DNA of 64,000 nucleotides from Escherichia coli (GTDB lineage Bacteria; Pseudomonadota; Gammaproteobacteria; Enterobacterales; Enterobacteriaceae): NCBI RefSeq assembly GCF_024502345.1, contig NZ_JALDNN010000003.1; one strand, 5' to 3'. Shown piece by piece: positions 48,679 to 58,403 of this stretch (position 1 is its first letter; each line of letters starts with the position of its first letter). The notes under the pieces were generated by a model. It saw only the letters and a program-made list of their open reading frames with translations, ran no database searches and was not told where the DNA came from. The position numbers and the translations under genes were made by a program.

Positions 48679-49956
48679 ATGCAAAAAATAACACATCAAC
48701 AATTACTCGATTGGTTGAAAAAGGAAGTGAAACTTTCATTAGGTTGTACTGAGCCTATTGCTATTGCGTATGCTGCCGCAGTGGCTGCTAAATATCTCAA
48801 CGCACCGATATTAAAAATAACGGGGAATATATCGGAGAATCTGTATAAAAATGCGATGGGAGTCACTATTCCGGGAACAAGCTATTGCGGAGTCACTCTT
48901 GCGGCGGCAATAGGGGCTATTGGTGGTAACGCGGATGCCGATTTAGAAGTATTAAAAGATATTACTGCGACACAAATTACCGAAGCCTATATATTTAATG
49001 AATCAGGTAACGTGTGTCTAAACGCAGTAGATGCTACGGATTTTATTTTTATCGATATTACGCTATATAGTCTTAGTGATCAGTGCCGGGTAGTGATTCA
49101 AGGTAGCCATACTAATGTCACTGAAGTTTATATTAATAATATAAAGCAAATATTAGTCCGAGACCTAATTGCCGCCAATGATAGTGGGGTACTACCCGAA
49201 TTTTCCCTTAACGACGCATTTAAATTTGTAACCGATGTCGCCGCTAAAGACATCATGTTTATGCTGAAAAGTGCTGAGATTAATACCGCGCTTTCTGACG
49301 AGGGGCAAAGGAAGAACTATGGTTTGAACGTGAGTGGCGCGTTGTCGCAAGCCAGAAAAAATGGCTTTATCAGCACTGACTTACTGAGTCAAATGTTGAT
49401 CAACACCACTGCGGCATCAGATGCCCGTATGGGCGGCGCACCCTTACCCGCGATGTCAAATTATGGCTCTGGTAATCAGGGGATTACCGTGACAATGCCG
49501 GTAGTGACACTTGCCCGACATCTTAATACAGATGATGAAACACTGGCCCGGGCATTAGCGTTGGCCCATCTAGCCGCAATCTCAATTCATATGCGTTATA
49601 CCCGATTGTCTGCATTGTGTGCGGCGTCAACGGCAGCAATGGGGGCGGCGGCAGGTATGAGTTGGTTATTGACCCAAGATTTTCAAACTATCTCCTACGC
49701 GGTCAGTAATATGATCAGTGATATTAGTGGCATTATTTGCGATGGTGCATCAAATAGTTGTGCCATGAAAGTGTCTACCGCTACCGCCTGTGCATTTAAG
49801 TCGGTGTTGATGGCGCAACAAAATAGTGTTGCAGGGGAGCGTGATGGCATTGTTTCCTGCGATGTTGAAGGTTCTATCAATAATTTATGTAAATTAGTGT
49901 TATCGCCAATGAGGCAAACAGATAAAGAAATTATCAGTATAATGACACGTAAATAA
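48679..49956 (+). CDS. cyuA: YhaM/CyuA-like (UPF0597, serine-dehydratase-like) L-cysteine desulfidase family protein
   Basis: Long collinear matches to E. coli YhaM as I recall it: LGCTEPIA, RMGGAPLPAMSNYGSGNQGIT, RLSALCAASTAAMGAAAGM and CDGASNSCAMKVST. Confidence 0.65.
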   Translation: MQKITHQQLLDWLKKEVKLSLGCTEPIAIAYAAAVAAKYLNAPILKITGNISENLYKNAMGVTIPGTSYCGVTLAAAIGAIGGNADADLEVLKDITATQITEAYIFNESGNVCLNAVDATDFIFIDITLYSLSDQCRVVIQGSHTNVTEVYINNIKQILVRDLIAANDSGVLPEFSLNDAFKFVTDVAAKDIMFMLKSAEINTALSDEGQRKNYGLNVSGALSQARKNGFISTDLLSQMLINTTAASDARMGGAPLPAMSNYGSGNQGITVTMPVVTLARHLNTDDETLARALALAHLAAISIHMRYTRLSALCAASTAAMGAAAGMSWLLTQDFQTISYAVSNMISDISGIICDGASNSCAMKVSTATACAFKSVLMAQQNSVAGERDGIVSCDVEGSINNLCKLVLSPMRQTDKEIISIMTRK

Positions 49957-50037
49957 ATATTACGGTTTAACCGCGTGGCCTAACGTCATTATTAATAATG
50001 ATCGGCGGGCTATCGTTAAAATTTAAAGGGACAAATA

Positions 50038-50557
50038 ATGAGCAAATCAAAATCGATCGCGACTCTGGTTATCCATGCCGGAGATCAAGTTGACCGGGGC
50101 AATAATGCTATTTTTCCACCGATTACTACCGCCAGTTCCTTCATTCAGCCAAATTTAGGCGAAGAAGGGGAGTTTTGTTATTCCCGTTGCAGTAACCCGA
50201 CAAGATATGCATATGAAACCGCCTTGGCTGAGTTGGAAGGAGGTATCTATGCTACGGCAACCGCTTCCGGTATGGCAGCAACTGCACTTATATTGGAATT
50301 GCTACCTAAGGATTCCCATGTATTAGTAATGAAAGGGGTCTATGGCGGTACTTATCGGTTGTTTGAACGTCTGCGTAAACAAACTTCAGGTACGACATTC
50401 AGTTATGTCGATCTTAATGATCTGGCGTCAGTAGAGCGCCATATTCAAGAGAATACAGGTCTAATCTGGATCGAAACGCCCACTAACCCACTGTTGGAAT
50501 TAGTTGATATTGAAGCAGTATGCCAGGTTGCCAAAAGCAGGGGCATAATGAGCTGCG
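50038..50557 (+). pseudogene. Cystathionine gamma-synthase / beta-lyase family (PLP-dependent Cys/Met metabolism) gene, 3'-truncated by IS1
   Basis: N-terminal roughly 170 aa of a MetB/MetC-family enzyme (LVIHAG...YSRCSNPTR...IWIETPTNPLL); the reading frame runs into the IS1 left end at 50558. Confidence 0.55.
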
Positions 50558-50612
50558 GGTGATGCTGCCAACTTACTGATTTAGTGTATGATGGTGTTTT
50601 TGAGGTGCTCCA

Positions 50613-50888
50613 GTGGCTTCTGTTTCTATCAGCTGTCCCTCCTGTTCAGCTACTGACGGGGTGGTGCGTAACGGCAAAAGCACCGCCGGACATCAGCGCT
50701 ATCTCTGCTCTCACTGCCGTAAAACATGGCAACTGCAGTTCACTTACACCGCTTCTCAACCCGGTACGCACCAGAAAATCATTGATATGGCCATGAATGG
50801 CGTTGGATGCCGGGCAACCGCCCGCATTATGGGCGTTGGCCTCAACACGATTTTCCGCCATTTAAAAAACTCAGGCCGCAGTCGGTAA
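50613..50888 (+). CDS. insA: IS1 InsA
   Basis: Translation [43 protein letters not shown]... matches InsA. Confidence 0.85.
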   Translation: MASVSISCPSCSATDGVVRNGKSTAGHQRYLCSHCRKTWQLQFTYTASQPGTHQKIIDMAMNGVGCRATARIMGVGLNTIFRHLKNSGRSR

Positions 50889-51310
50889 CCTCGCGCATAC
50901 AGCCGGGCAGTGACGTCATCGTCTGCGCGGAAATGGACGAACAGTGGGGATACGTCGGGGCTAAATCGCGCCAGCGCTGGCTGTTTTACGCGTATGACAG
51001 GCTCCGGAAGACGGTTGTGGCGCACGTATTCGGTGAACGCACTCTGGCCACACTGGAGCGTCTTCTGAGCCTGCTGTCGGCCTTTGAGGTCGTGGTATGG
51101 ATGACGGATGGCTGGCCGCTGTATGAATCCCGCCTGAAGGGAAAGCTGCACGTTATCAGCAAGCGTTACACTCAGCGCATTGAGCGACATAACCTGAATC
51201 TGAGACAACATCTGGCAAGGCTGGGACGGAAGTCACTGTCGTTCTCAAAATCGGTGGAGCTGCATGACAAGGTCATCGGGCATTATCTGAACATAAAACA
51301 CTATCATTAA
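50807..51310 (+). CDS. insB: IS1 InsB frame (expressed as InsAB' by -1 frameshift)
   Basis: Translation ...[40 protein letters not shown]... matches InsB. Confidence 0.8.
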   Translation: MPGNRPHYGRWPQHDFPPFKKLRPQSVTSRIQPGSDVIVCAEMDEQWGYVGAKSRQRWLFYAYDRLRKTVVAHVFGERTLATLERLLSLLSAFEVVVWMTDGWPLYESRLKGKLHVISKRYTQRIERHNLNLRQHLARLGRKSLSFSKSVELHDKVIGHYLNIKHYH

Positions 51311-51339
51311 GTTGGAGTCATTACCAGAGTTTATTGTCA

Positions 51340-51367
51340 AATAAAAAGGCAGATTTCTCTGCCTTAA
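51340..51367 (-). terminator. Terminator-like hairpin downstream of the recombinase gene (minus strand)
   Basis: On the minus strand: AAGGCAGAG-aaa-TCTGCCTT followed by T5. Confidence 0.4.
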
Positions 51368-51412
51368 TACACAATATACATAGTTCAAGGTACTATATAT
51401 AACGCAGGGGCG

Positions 51413-52603
51413 CTACTCATCCAGCGCCTCACGCATGAACTTCGTCATCGCTTTCTTACCTGCGTCAATGTTACGGATATAGCGGGAAACCATTTCTGCA
51501 TTGCTCCAGTTACCCATCTCCATGATCTGCAAGTGCGTGTACCCGGCATCAGCAAGTTCGATGGCGCCGCCAACCCTAACGCTGTGACCAGTCCAGCATC
51601 GGGTGCCCGCTTCCTGCGGATGAAGTTCATCCCAAAACGCTTCAAAGGCCCGGAGCAATGTGTTTTTACTGAGCATACCCTCATCATCGACAATAATGGG
51701 CTTTCCATTTTTCCCGATCGGGGGGCGGGTAGGTCGGTAAGGCATATTATGATTTTTCAGCAGCGTATTGATCTCATTCCCTTTGCTCCGGAGACCCCAT
51801 CCAGGGGGCATATATCCGCTGTCCTGAAAGTTAACTGCCTGGAAGAGATAATCCTTCGGATGGCTTTGCTGGTCCCTTTTGACCATACCCATCAGCCTGA
51901 TTAGGGTGGCAGTGAGATGAGGGGTCAGATGATAGGTAAGCAGGGTACTGACAGTGGATTTTGTCCGGTACACCGTCAGGGTAAAACTGCCTGTCTGTTC
52001 ATTCAGCACAAGGTCCTGCATCCGAATGCGCCGAAGTTCTGCTGAGCGCAACAGTGTTTCAAAACCTGTCCAGATAATGCAAAGGTCTCGGAGTTTGCGC
52101 ACCGACTGTGTCGTACCGTGGGCTTTAATCAAAGCTTTCAGGTCGGAGACTAGGAATGGCGTTGCCTGACGAGTCACTTTTTGCTCTCGGGCTTCAGCTT
52201 GTTCGAGGCTTGCAAGAATACTCTTGACCTTGGATGTGATGATCCCAGGGCGATCGAGTGCTTTCCTATGGATACTGTTCAGCGCGTGCAGACAACCTTT
52301 AATGCTGCTGTGTGACAGCGAGCCCTGAAGATAGTCCAGATAGGACAACAACGGGGGTTGAGTCACCGGGAGAGAACTGGCAGGCCAGGCTTCGTTTCCC
52401 TCCTTTCCTGCATTAGCTTGGTACCACTCGTTCCAGGAACGCAGCCATTGAAGGTAAGTTTTAGCCGTGTGGTATTTCATATGAGAAAAGTAAAAAATGA
52501 GCTCCTTAAGGTCATTATTGGGCACCTCAAACGTGACCAGTTCCTGATGGAGGTCTGAGTCTTCAAACTGTCTGGTTACTGGCTTGCTGTTCATGGTGGT
52601 CAC
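51413..52603 (-). CDS. Cre-like tyrosine site-specific recombinase
   Basis: C-terminal catalytic region GHSVRVGGAIELADAGYTHLQIMEMGNWSNAEMVSRYIRNID aligns with Cre GHSARVGAARDMARAGVSIPEIMQAGGWTNVNIVMNYIRNLD; the RSAELRRIRMQDL segment supplies the upstream conserved Arg. Confidence 0.65.
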   Translation of the reverse strand: MTTMNSKPVTRQFEDSDLHQELVTFEVPNNDLKELIFYFSHMKYHTAKTYLQWLRSWNEWYQANAGKEGNEAWPASSLPVTQPPLLSYLDYLQGSLSHSSIKGCLHALNSIHRKALDRPGIITSKVKSILASLEQAEAREQKVTRQATPFLVSDLKALIKAHGTTQSVRKLRDLCIIWTGFETLLRSAELRRIRMQDLVLNEQTGSFTLTVYRTKSTVSTLLTYHLTPHLTATLIRLMGMVKRDQQSHPKDYLFQAVNFQDSGYMPPGWGLRSKGNEINTLLKNHNMPYRPTRPPIGKNGKPIIVDDEGMLSKNTLLRAFEAFWDELHPQEAGTRCWTGHSVRVGGAIELADAGYTHLQIMEMGNWSNAEMVSRYIRNIDAGKKAMTKFMREALDE

Positions 52604-52808
52604 CTGAATACACTGTTTTTATTTACAGCTATTTTAGCACTGAGGTATCCACTTATGAACAGGTTCATAGCAACTAAAAAAGAGAGAGCGAGTACAACAA
52701 CGATCCGGAGATAAACATCAAATATTTGTGAAAAAAATTAGATTCTAGGGACAAAACGACATAAGATTGGGAAACCGTACTTTCGCGGGAAATAAATTAA
52801 GGTTGACC

Positions 52809-53021
52809 ATGTCCGAAACTAAGCAGGCGTATTTAATGAAATTTCGTAAGTGCTCTTCTTTCGACACACTGGAAAAAGTATTCGAACGACTCTGTGAAAA
52901 AAATGCAGGTATAGCATCACTGGAAATTTCCGGGGCATATGACCATCGAAAAGCTGAACTGACAATGAAGAAACTCTACGATAAAGTACCCGCAAGCGTA
53001 TGGACACTGGTCCGTCAGTAA
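52809..53021 (+). CDS. hha: Hha/YmoA-family nucleoid-associated modulator
   Basis: MSETKQAYLMKFRKCSSFDTLEKVFE...AYDHRKAELTMKKLYDKVPASVWTLV parallels Hha [29 protein letters not shown]...[26 protein letters not shown]; start set at the ATG after the SD AAGG. Confidence 0.65.
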   Translation: MSETKQAYLMKFRKCSSFDTLEKVFERLCEKNAGIASLEISGAYDHRKAELTMKKLYDKVPASVWTLVRQ

Positions 53022-53197
53022 TATGAAGATATTGGTAACCAATTTATCGCCGACTTTTCAGGAAAGGAGATTTATGAAAACGTCAGCAGTAAAATTAAAA
53101 TTTTTTAATATTCTATTAATACCTCTTCAAATAAGCTTAATTAGTAAAGTCATCACGTCATTTAAAATCCTGTTTCCGCTCCATGGTGGTAACTCGT

Positions 53198-53839
53198 ATG
53201 AGAATTAAACATCTAATATTTTTACCTGTTCCCTTCATTTCCTTTTATTTAAACGCGGCGAGCCTGGACGAAATCAATCAAAAGCTGGATGAAGGTTACC
53301 GTTACGCCTGTAACGCAACTCAGACGGGTAATGCAGAAGCCGCCTCCCTCGCGCTGGAGAACTACAGAACAAAATTCATCAACTCAGCATCACGATCTGG
53401 TTTCAGCGAGATAATGAATGTAGAAATAAACAAAGTTGTCGCGGAATTTTTCAGAAAGGGCATGATCCAGGGGAACACCAGCACTGGGGCCTGTGAGACT
53501 CCAGCGGAGCTGCTGCTCCAGACCTCTCAGGCGGTTTATTCCCGCCAGTCAAAGTCAGCACTGGCGTCAGCCCTCGATGGTGTCCGATTCACTGAATATG
53601 CGGCACAGGCCTACCCGATTTTTTATTCAATCCAAAGTACAGGTATCAGTGAGGATGAAGTAATTGAACAGATTAATAAAATAGGAAACAATGCAATAAT
53701 TAATAACCAAAATGCAATTGATGTCAGTAATGCGACAAATGCAATGAAAGAAGTAGCGAAAGTCCTTTTTTCAGCCCGAAGTGACCCGGAGCTCATGAAA
53801 TTTATGATGGATTATATTAATAACCACAAACTGCATTGA
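53198..53839 (+). CDS. Exported hypothetical protein
   Basis: Signal-peptide-like N-terminus MRIKHLIFLPVPFISFYLNAAS. Confidence 0.35.
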   Translation: MRIKHLIFLPVPFISFYLNAASLDEINQKLDEGYRYACNATQTGNAEAASLALENYRTKFINSASRSGFSEIMNVEINKVVAEFFRKGMIQGNTSTGACETPAELLLQTSQAVYSRQSKSALASALDGVRFTEYAAQAYPIFYSIQSTGISEDEVIEQINKIGNNAIINNQNAIDVSNATNAMKEVAKVLFSARSDPELMKFMMDYINNHKLH

Positions 53840-54118
53840 AGGTAATTGCGGTGTATAAAACAAAGCCATTTTCGGCCAAAAAATGAGTCAGCTGAAGAAA
53901 CGCTCGTTAATTCCGAATCCGTCCAGATTAATATGGCACACTGCTGGTGGAGGTTTTGGCAATCGGAAAAGTAACTTTTCACCCGTGTCTAATCATCATC
54001 GTTTTATCAATCCGCTCAGTTACGGTATTAAAATCTCACGAAAAATAGTCTTCTTATCGAAGTGTCATGCTGTCTTCGCCCGATATAGTGAAGGTATGTA
54101 TTCAGCGGGGCCACTGAC

Positions 54119-55192
54119 ATGCGAAAAAGCTATACCTATGGGATTCCTTTCGGACTCCATCGCGATACCGGACGGTTTCTGGACATCACGGAAGTCAGCA
54201 GAGGAAGCGCATGCAACTGCATCTGTCCTGGGTGTCGTACGGATTTGATAGCCAGACAGGGAGAGGTCAAACTCTGGCACTATAGCCACAGTACCGATCT
54301 CCTCGGTGATTGTGATGGCCTGATGGAGGCGATTCGGGGAAAAATTATTGAAGTTATTCAGGAAAAACAACTTCTAGGATTCCCGCATCTTCTGGCCGGT
54401 TACGATGGAGGCACGGTCCCACTTGATGAAGTCAGCGGCAGCGGAAGCATGTTCGGCGCAACGGCAGATCTGTTTGTGAAGGTGAACGATCTCTGCATAG
54501 CTGTGTTTCTGGACATTGACCGCAGTGTGGCCGGAAAACTGACGTTCGACCATCTCCATGCCTCGGAGATGGTAGCTGCATTGCGTATTGATCTGCCGGA
54601 TATAGAATACGAAATCAGTCAGGTTCAGCTTGGTAGACGAGATGGTACCTACAGTGAATGTATCGAGAAAATCATCATTGATGCGACGGAGTCACGCGAA
54701 TGGTTGTATCACCCCATGATGCAGGAACTGGGGACCGAGCCCCTGAAGGTATATGAGGGCCGCGAGCCAGCGGAAGCAGGACCACTTCTACAACGCCTTT
54801 CCGACAGCACCCTGAAGCTGCCGGACAACTTACCCCAGAGCATGAATGTGCTGATAAGAATGCAGCAGGCCACCATTGTGTGTTTGTGTCGGCTCACCGT
54901 CAGAGCTTCAGATATCGCCCAGACCGACGAATTCCCGCTGTTTATGCGTTACTTCCGGCTGCATTGCCTCGACACCAGTGAGCATGTGAATTACGAGAAA
55001 TTGCTTAACTGGCAGGACATGATTACAAAATCAAAGGAAGGGCAGTTACTAACGGTGGAGGAAAGGGATTATCTCCAGGAAATCGTCCGTATTGGTCTCT
55101 ATAACCACCGGCTTAAAAGTGTCTGCCTGACGGCCTGCGAAGACAATAGGGTGGGAGAATCTGAAGGACCAAAAAATTACTCATTGCTCTGA
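54119..55192 (+). CDS. Hypothetical protein with CoiA-like N-terminal Cys motif
   Basis: CNCICPGCRTDLIARQGEVKLWHYSHS resembles the CPxC...K..HFAH motif of the competence protein CoiA family; weak. Confidence 0.3.
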   Translation: MRKSYTYGIPFGLHRDTGRFLDITEVSRGSACNCICPGCRTDLIARQGEVKLWHYSHSTDLLGDCDGLMEAIRGKIIEVIQEKQLLGFPHLLAGYDGGTVPLDEVSGSGSMFGATADLFVKVNDLCIAVFLDIDRSVAGKLTFDHLHASEMVAALRIDLPDIEYEISQVQLGRRDGTYSECIEKIIIDATESREWLYHPMMQELGTEPLKVYEGREPAEAGPLLQRLSDSTLKLPDNLPQSMNVLIRMQQATIVCLCRLTVRASDIAQTDEFPLFMRYFRLHCLDTSEHVNYEKLLNWQDMITKSKEGQLLTVEERDYLQEIVRIGLYNHRLKSVCLTACEDNRVGESEGPKNYSLL

Positions 55193-55448
55193 AGAGGGAT
55201 GGGAAATTATGGGGGGGCATGGAAGCGTGAAGAGAATAAACCTGTTCGCCTTAAACAGAAACAGGCTGTTCATTTCTTACATGTGAACAGAGTACCTATC
55301 ATGATCAGACCGGTAATATAAATTGGCACAGCCATCAAAACCAATCCCAGTGGTTCTTCTTTGGTAAAAACATCCTGAATAAGTCCGTCTTCGCTTAATG
55401 CTAATGGACGCATACATTAGAATTAAGGCGTAAGGTCTAATAACTAGA

Positions 55449-55955
55449 TCAGGAGTTTCGGATTTTTGCGCGGTAGGTGTGTTTGACCCTTTCAATTGTC
55501 GCAAGAGTTGAATTCCAGTAGCGTTCAGCGTCAGAACGATAAAGATCAGCGATAGCCTCTATGGTTTTGGGGGAACAGGTTGCACTGCGATGCACACGGC
55601 CTGCCTGACCAAAGACATAGACAAGAATGGACTGGCTACCAGACCGGCCGAACAGGGAGTTGCAAAGCCGCTTCGCTGCGAGCGGTGTCAGATCGGGGAC
55701 GTCTTCCTGAGCGTTCTCGGGAACAACGAATTCCAGAATGAAGCGAAGCATCTCCGATGTCTTGAAACGCTTTACCGCCGCAGACAAACGGGCGGCACGC
55801 AGGGCAGTGTCCCAGTGGTCGCTGCTGAAATTGCGGAGCTCCGCGAGGTAATCCTCTTCCAGGCTTTCATCAGAATAATAAATGCTTTCGTAAAAGCGCT
55901 CTGCGGGTGATTGCGTCTTTTCCATTGGAGAAACCATTTTGCCTAATGTATGCAT
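55449..55955 (-). CDS. Hypothetical protein flanked by a 21-bp imperfect inverted repeat
   Basis: ORF on the minus strand; flanks GCTAATGGACGCATACATTAG (55410-55430) and CTAATGTATGCATACGTTAGC (55945-55965) are reverse complements with 3 mismatches. Confidence 0.3.
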   Translation of the reverse strand: MHTLGKMVSPMEKTQSPAERFYESIYYSDESLEEDYLAELRNFSSDHWDTALRAARLSAAVKRFKTSEMLRFILEFVVPENAQEDVPDLTPLAAKRLCNSLFGRSGSQSILVYVFGQAGRVHRSATCSPKTIEAIADLYRSDAERYWNSTLATIERVKHTYRAKIRNS

Positions 55956-56004
55956 ACGTTAGCATGTAGTGAAATTAAAACAAGGTAAAGACAAAGAACC
56001 GCAT

Positions 56005-56262
56005 TCAGGCGTTTCCCGGAGTAAGCAGATGGGCTGACAATTCGGCTGCGGTAATATCAAACTCAAGGTGTTTGATGAGCTCTGTTAATTGAGCGTTAAA
56101 TGCCTCCCGCTCCAGTCCGGATTGGATGAGAAAGATCAGGGCCTTTTTCAGAACGGGCGGAGTACTCGCAATGTCGAGGAGAATGTTGCCCTCAATAACA
56201 TGATCGCAATTTTCAAAAAGGTGGGCGTAACTCATTACGTGTATTCCATTTATCATTTTCAA
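56005..56262 (-). CDS. Small hypothetical protein
   Basis: 85-aa ORF. Confidence 0.25.
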   Translation of the reverse strand: MKMINGIHVMSYAHLFENCDHVIEGNILLDIASTPPVLKKALIFLIQSGLEREAFNAQLTELIKHLEFDITAAELSAHLLTPGNA

Positions 56263-56574
56263 ATCGTGATAAAAATTAGATTACCAGAACGTCGGAAGCA
56301 AAAAAAAGCATTAAGCAGAAATGTATGGTATCCATCCTTCCTCCAGCTACCCTTGCGCCCTGATAATTTTATCCTGGGGGAGGGGGCATTGATCATTACA
56401 TACCCGATCAGAAAAGCCGGGAACCAGAATGTCACCCGGATATCGAAGATGCAACGATTCAATATTAGTGTATTTAGCGTCTCCTGGCGGCAAAGTCGGT
56501 CGGCCGGAACTGGTAAACTGTATTCCACCTCGCCCGGGCTGGCAGGCGACTGACGTCTTGTCGGTTCATAGCCG

Positions 56575-57012
56575 GTGGTCGCGTCTGACAATACAGGCCC
56601 CTACAGTGTAAGGATTGTGATGGACGATAAAGAGCAGTTTACGAGTCTCGTGGCAAAGCATGCCTCCAGACTCACCGAAGAGCAGCTGGCCGGGTATGAT
56701 GACTGTTCCCAGTATGGTGAATGCGTCTCGCCTTCATACGAAGTATTCCGGGGGTATCGTACCCGCCACACCCTGGATGAATTTCTGGAGCTGGCCATAT
56801 CGCTGAATGCCATCCACCCGGATGAATATTTAACGGATATGCTGCTGAAGCCTCATGAGGTGATCGGTGCTCTGGCCGATGAAGGCGACCAGTTGAACAA
56901 CGCCACCCCGGTTTATATCTTCCCGGATACCGGCGTCTATGCAGCGGCCGTCAGTGAAACCCGTGTGCTCGATGCCTGGCTTTGTTGGCCATGCTACCCG
57001 GCGAACTGGTAA
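56575..57012 (+). CDS. Hypothetical protein
   Basis: 145-aa ORF (the start may be the internal ATG, MDDKEQF). Confidence 0.3.
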   Translation: MVASDNTGPYSVRIVMDDKEQFTSLVAKHASRLTEEQLAGYDDCSQYGECVSPSYEVFRGYRTRHTLDEFLELAISLNAIHPDEYLTDMLLKPHEVIGALADEGDQLNNATPVYIFPDTGVYAAAVSETRVLDAWLCWPCYPANW

Positions 57013-58403
57013 TGCGTCCGTTGGAATTGCACCGGCAGGATACGAATTTAACCGACCCCGTGGCGGGAGGGTTATCACAATTGCATGTCCTCATCCCTAA
57101 AGTCCCCTGCCAGACCCATACGTGCTGTCAGGCTTCGCCTGATTTGAGATCAGTGCAAATACTTCAGCCGATAACTTTTTGTTTTCTTTTTATTTTCTCC
57201 CTGTTTCCTCAAAATTCGCGTGCGGCCTGGTCAGGGCACGATTGTCACATAGGGTGTATTGAAGCGGGCAGGATGGTCGGGTGGGCACGGCCTGGGTTTG
57301 AGTCGGACACTATGTGGGATGAGGACATGCAAAATATTCGCTTTATCTGTGAAAACTGTTGTCTACGGGCAGTCACCAGTTCAAGTTACACCATCCACGT
57401 TAGCTTTTAATAAGAGTGGTTACGATGTTCAGTACTGAGAAAAAATCAGAGCATTTAGGTCAGATCATAGTGATTGATCCCGCGCTTCTTGGGCAGGGTA
57501 TAGAGGTTGGCCCGGTCGTAGTGTTTGATTTGGGGCACGCCAGCAAAGGGGTTGCGGACTTGATGCGCGATGCTGAAAAGCTTGATGGTTTATCCCCAAC
57601 GACAATAGCAAACAGACTTTCACGATGACCGAACAAGGTCGATTCGGGCAAGGCGGCGGAGGGGCACATCTCCCAATGATAATGAGGTTATGCAACCTGT
57701 TAGTCACCGGCTTGCCTGATGTTATGATTGACATCTCTTTTGACCGGTCTGTAGTTGAGCATTAATTCGTGAGGAATACGGTATCAGCGGATAAAAGTAG
57801 CATGTTTGCTATCGCCTCCAGCTGTGAAAACCCTCGGTGGGTGCAAGAAGTTGAGAGCCGTGGGGGGATGACCCGTAAGGAATGGGCTGACTTTGTGGAT
57901 CGAAATTTTAACCCTCCTAAATAGAGTAAATTCCGATTGGCATTGTTGCAGGAATTATGGTGCCGCAGCTTATTGGGTGTTTGTCAATTGCCGGGAAGTA
58001 TTCGCTGGCATATCACTTAAACGGGAGTAGTAAGTGAGAGAACCTCGTCCACGCCATACATTACAGGTAGTCTGTGTCCCGTCTCTGAATATACAGGATC
58101 TGGGGCTAACCAGTTTTCATAGCTGGCTCTTATCAAAAGGCTATGACACGACCAATGCCAGGAACAACCGTACTTGCTGGGCAAGGGAAGGTGGCTGGCA
58201 CCTGAAGCGATGCAGACATCTGGCAACGGGCGAAGATCATTTCTGGTTTATCGCATTCAACGGTACCGGCGGCGACATTTTTCCTGTGAAAACCCAGCAG
58301 GACTACCGTGCTGCCTACCGCAAGCTTGAAGCGTATGGATATGCACCGGCCGTTATTGAACAATTGAACACAGGCGTTGCCTATAATCTTGCTTATTCAC
58401 GGA

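Larger units (their letters stand above)
50558..51325 (+). mobile_element. IS1, complete 768-bp copy
   Basis: Starts GGTGATGCTGCCAACTTACTGATTTAGTGTATGATGGTG and ends ...CATTAAGTTGGAGTCATTACC; contains insA and insB; the flanking 9-mers differ, so there is no target-site duplication. Confidence 0.9.

Noticed and set aside
52604-52800. lox-like recombination site upstream of the Cre-like recombinase
   Set aside because: Only a 6-7 bp inverted repeat is present, far short of a 13-8-13 architecture.
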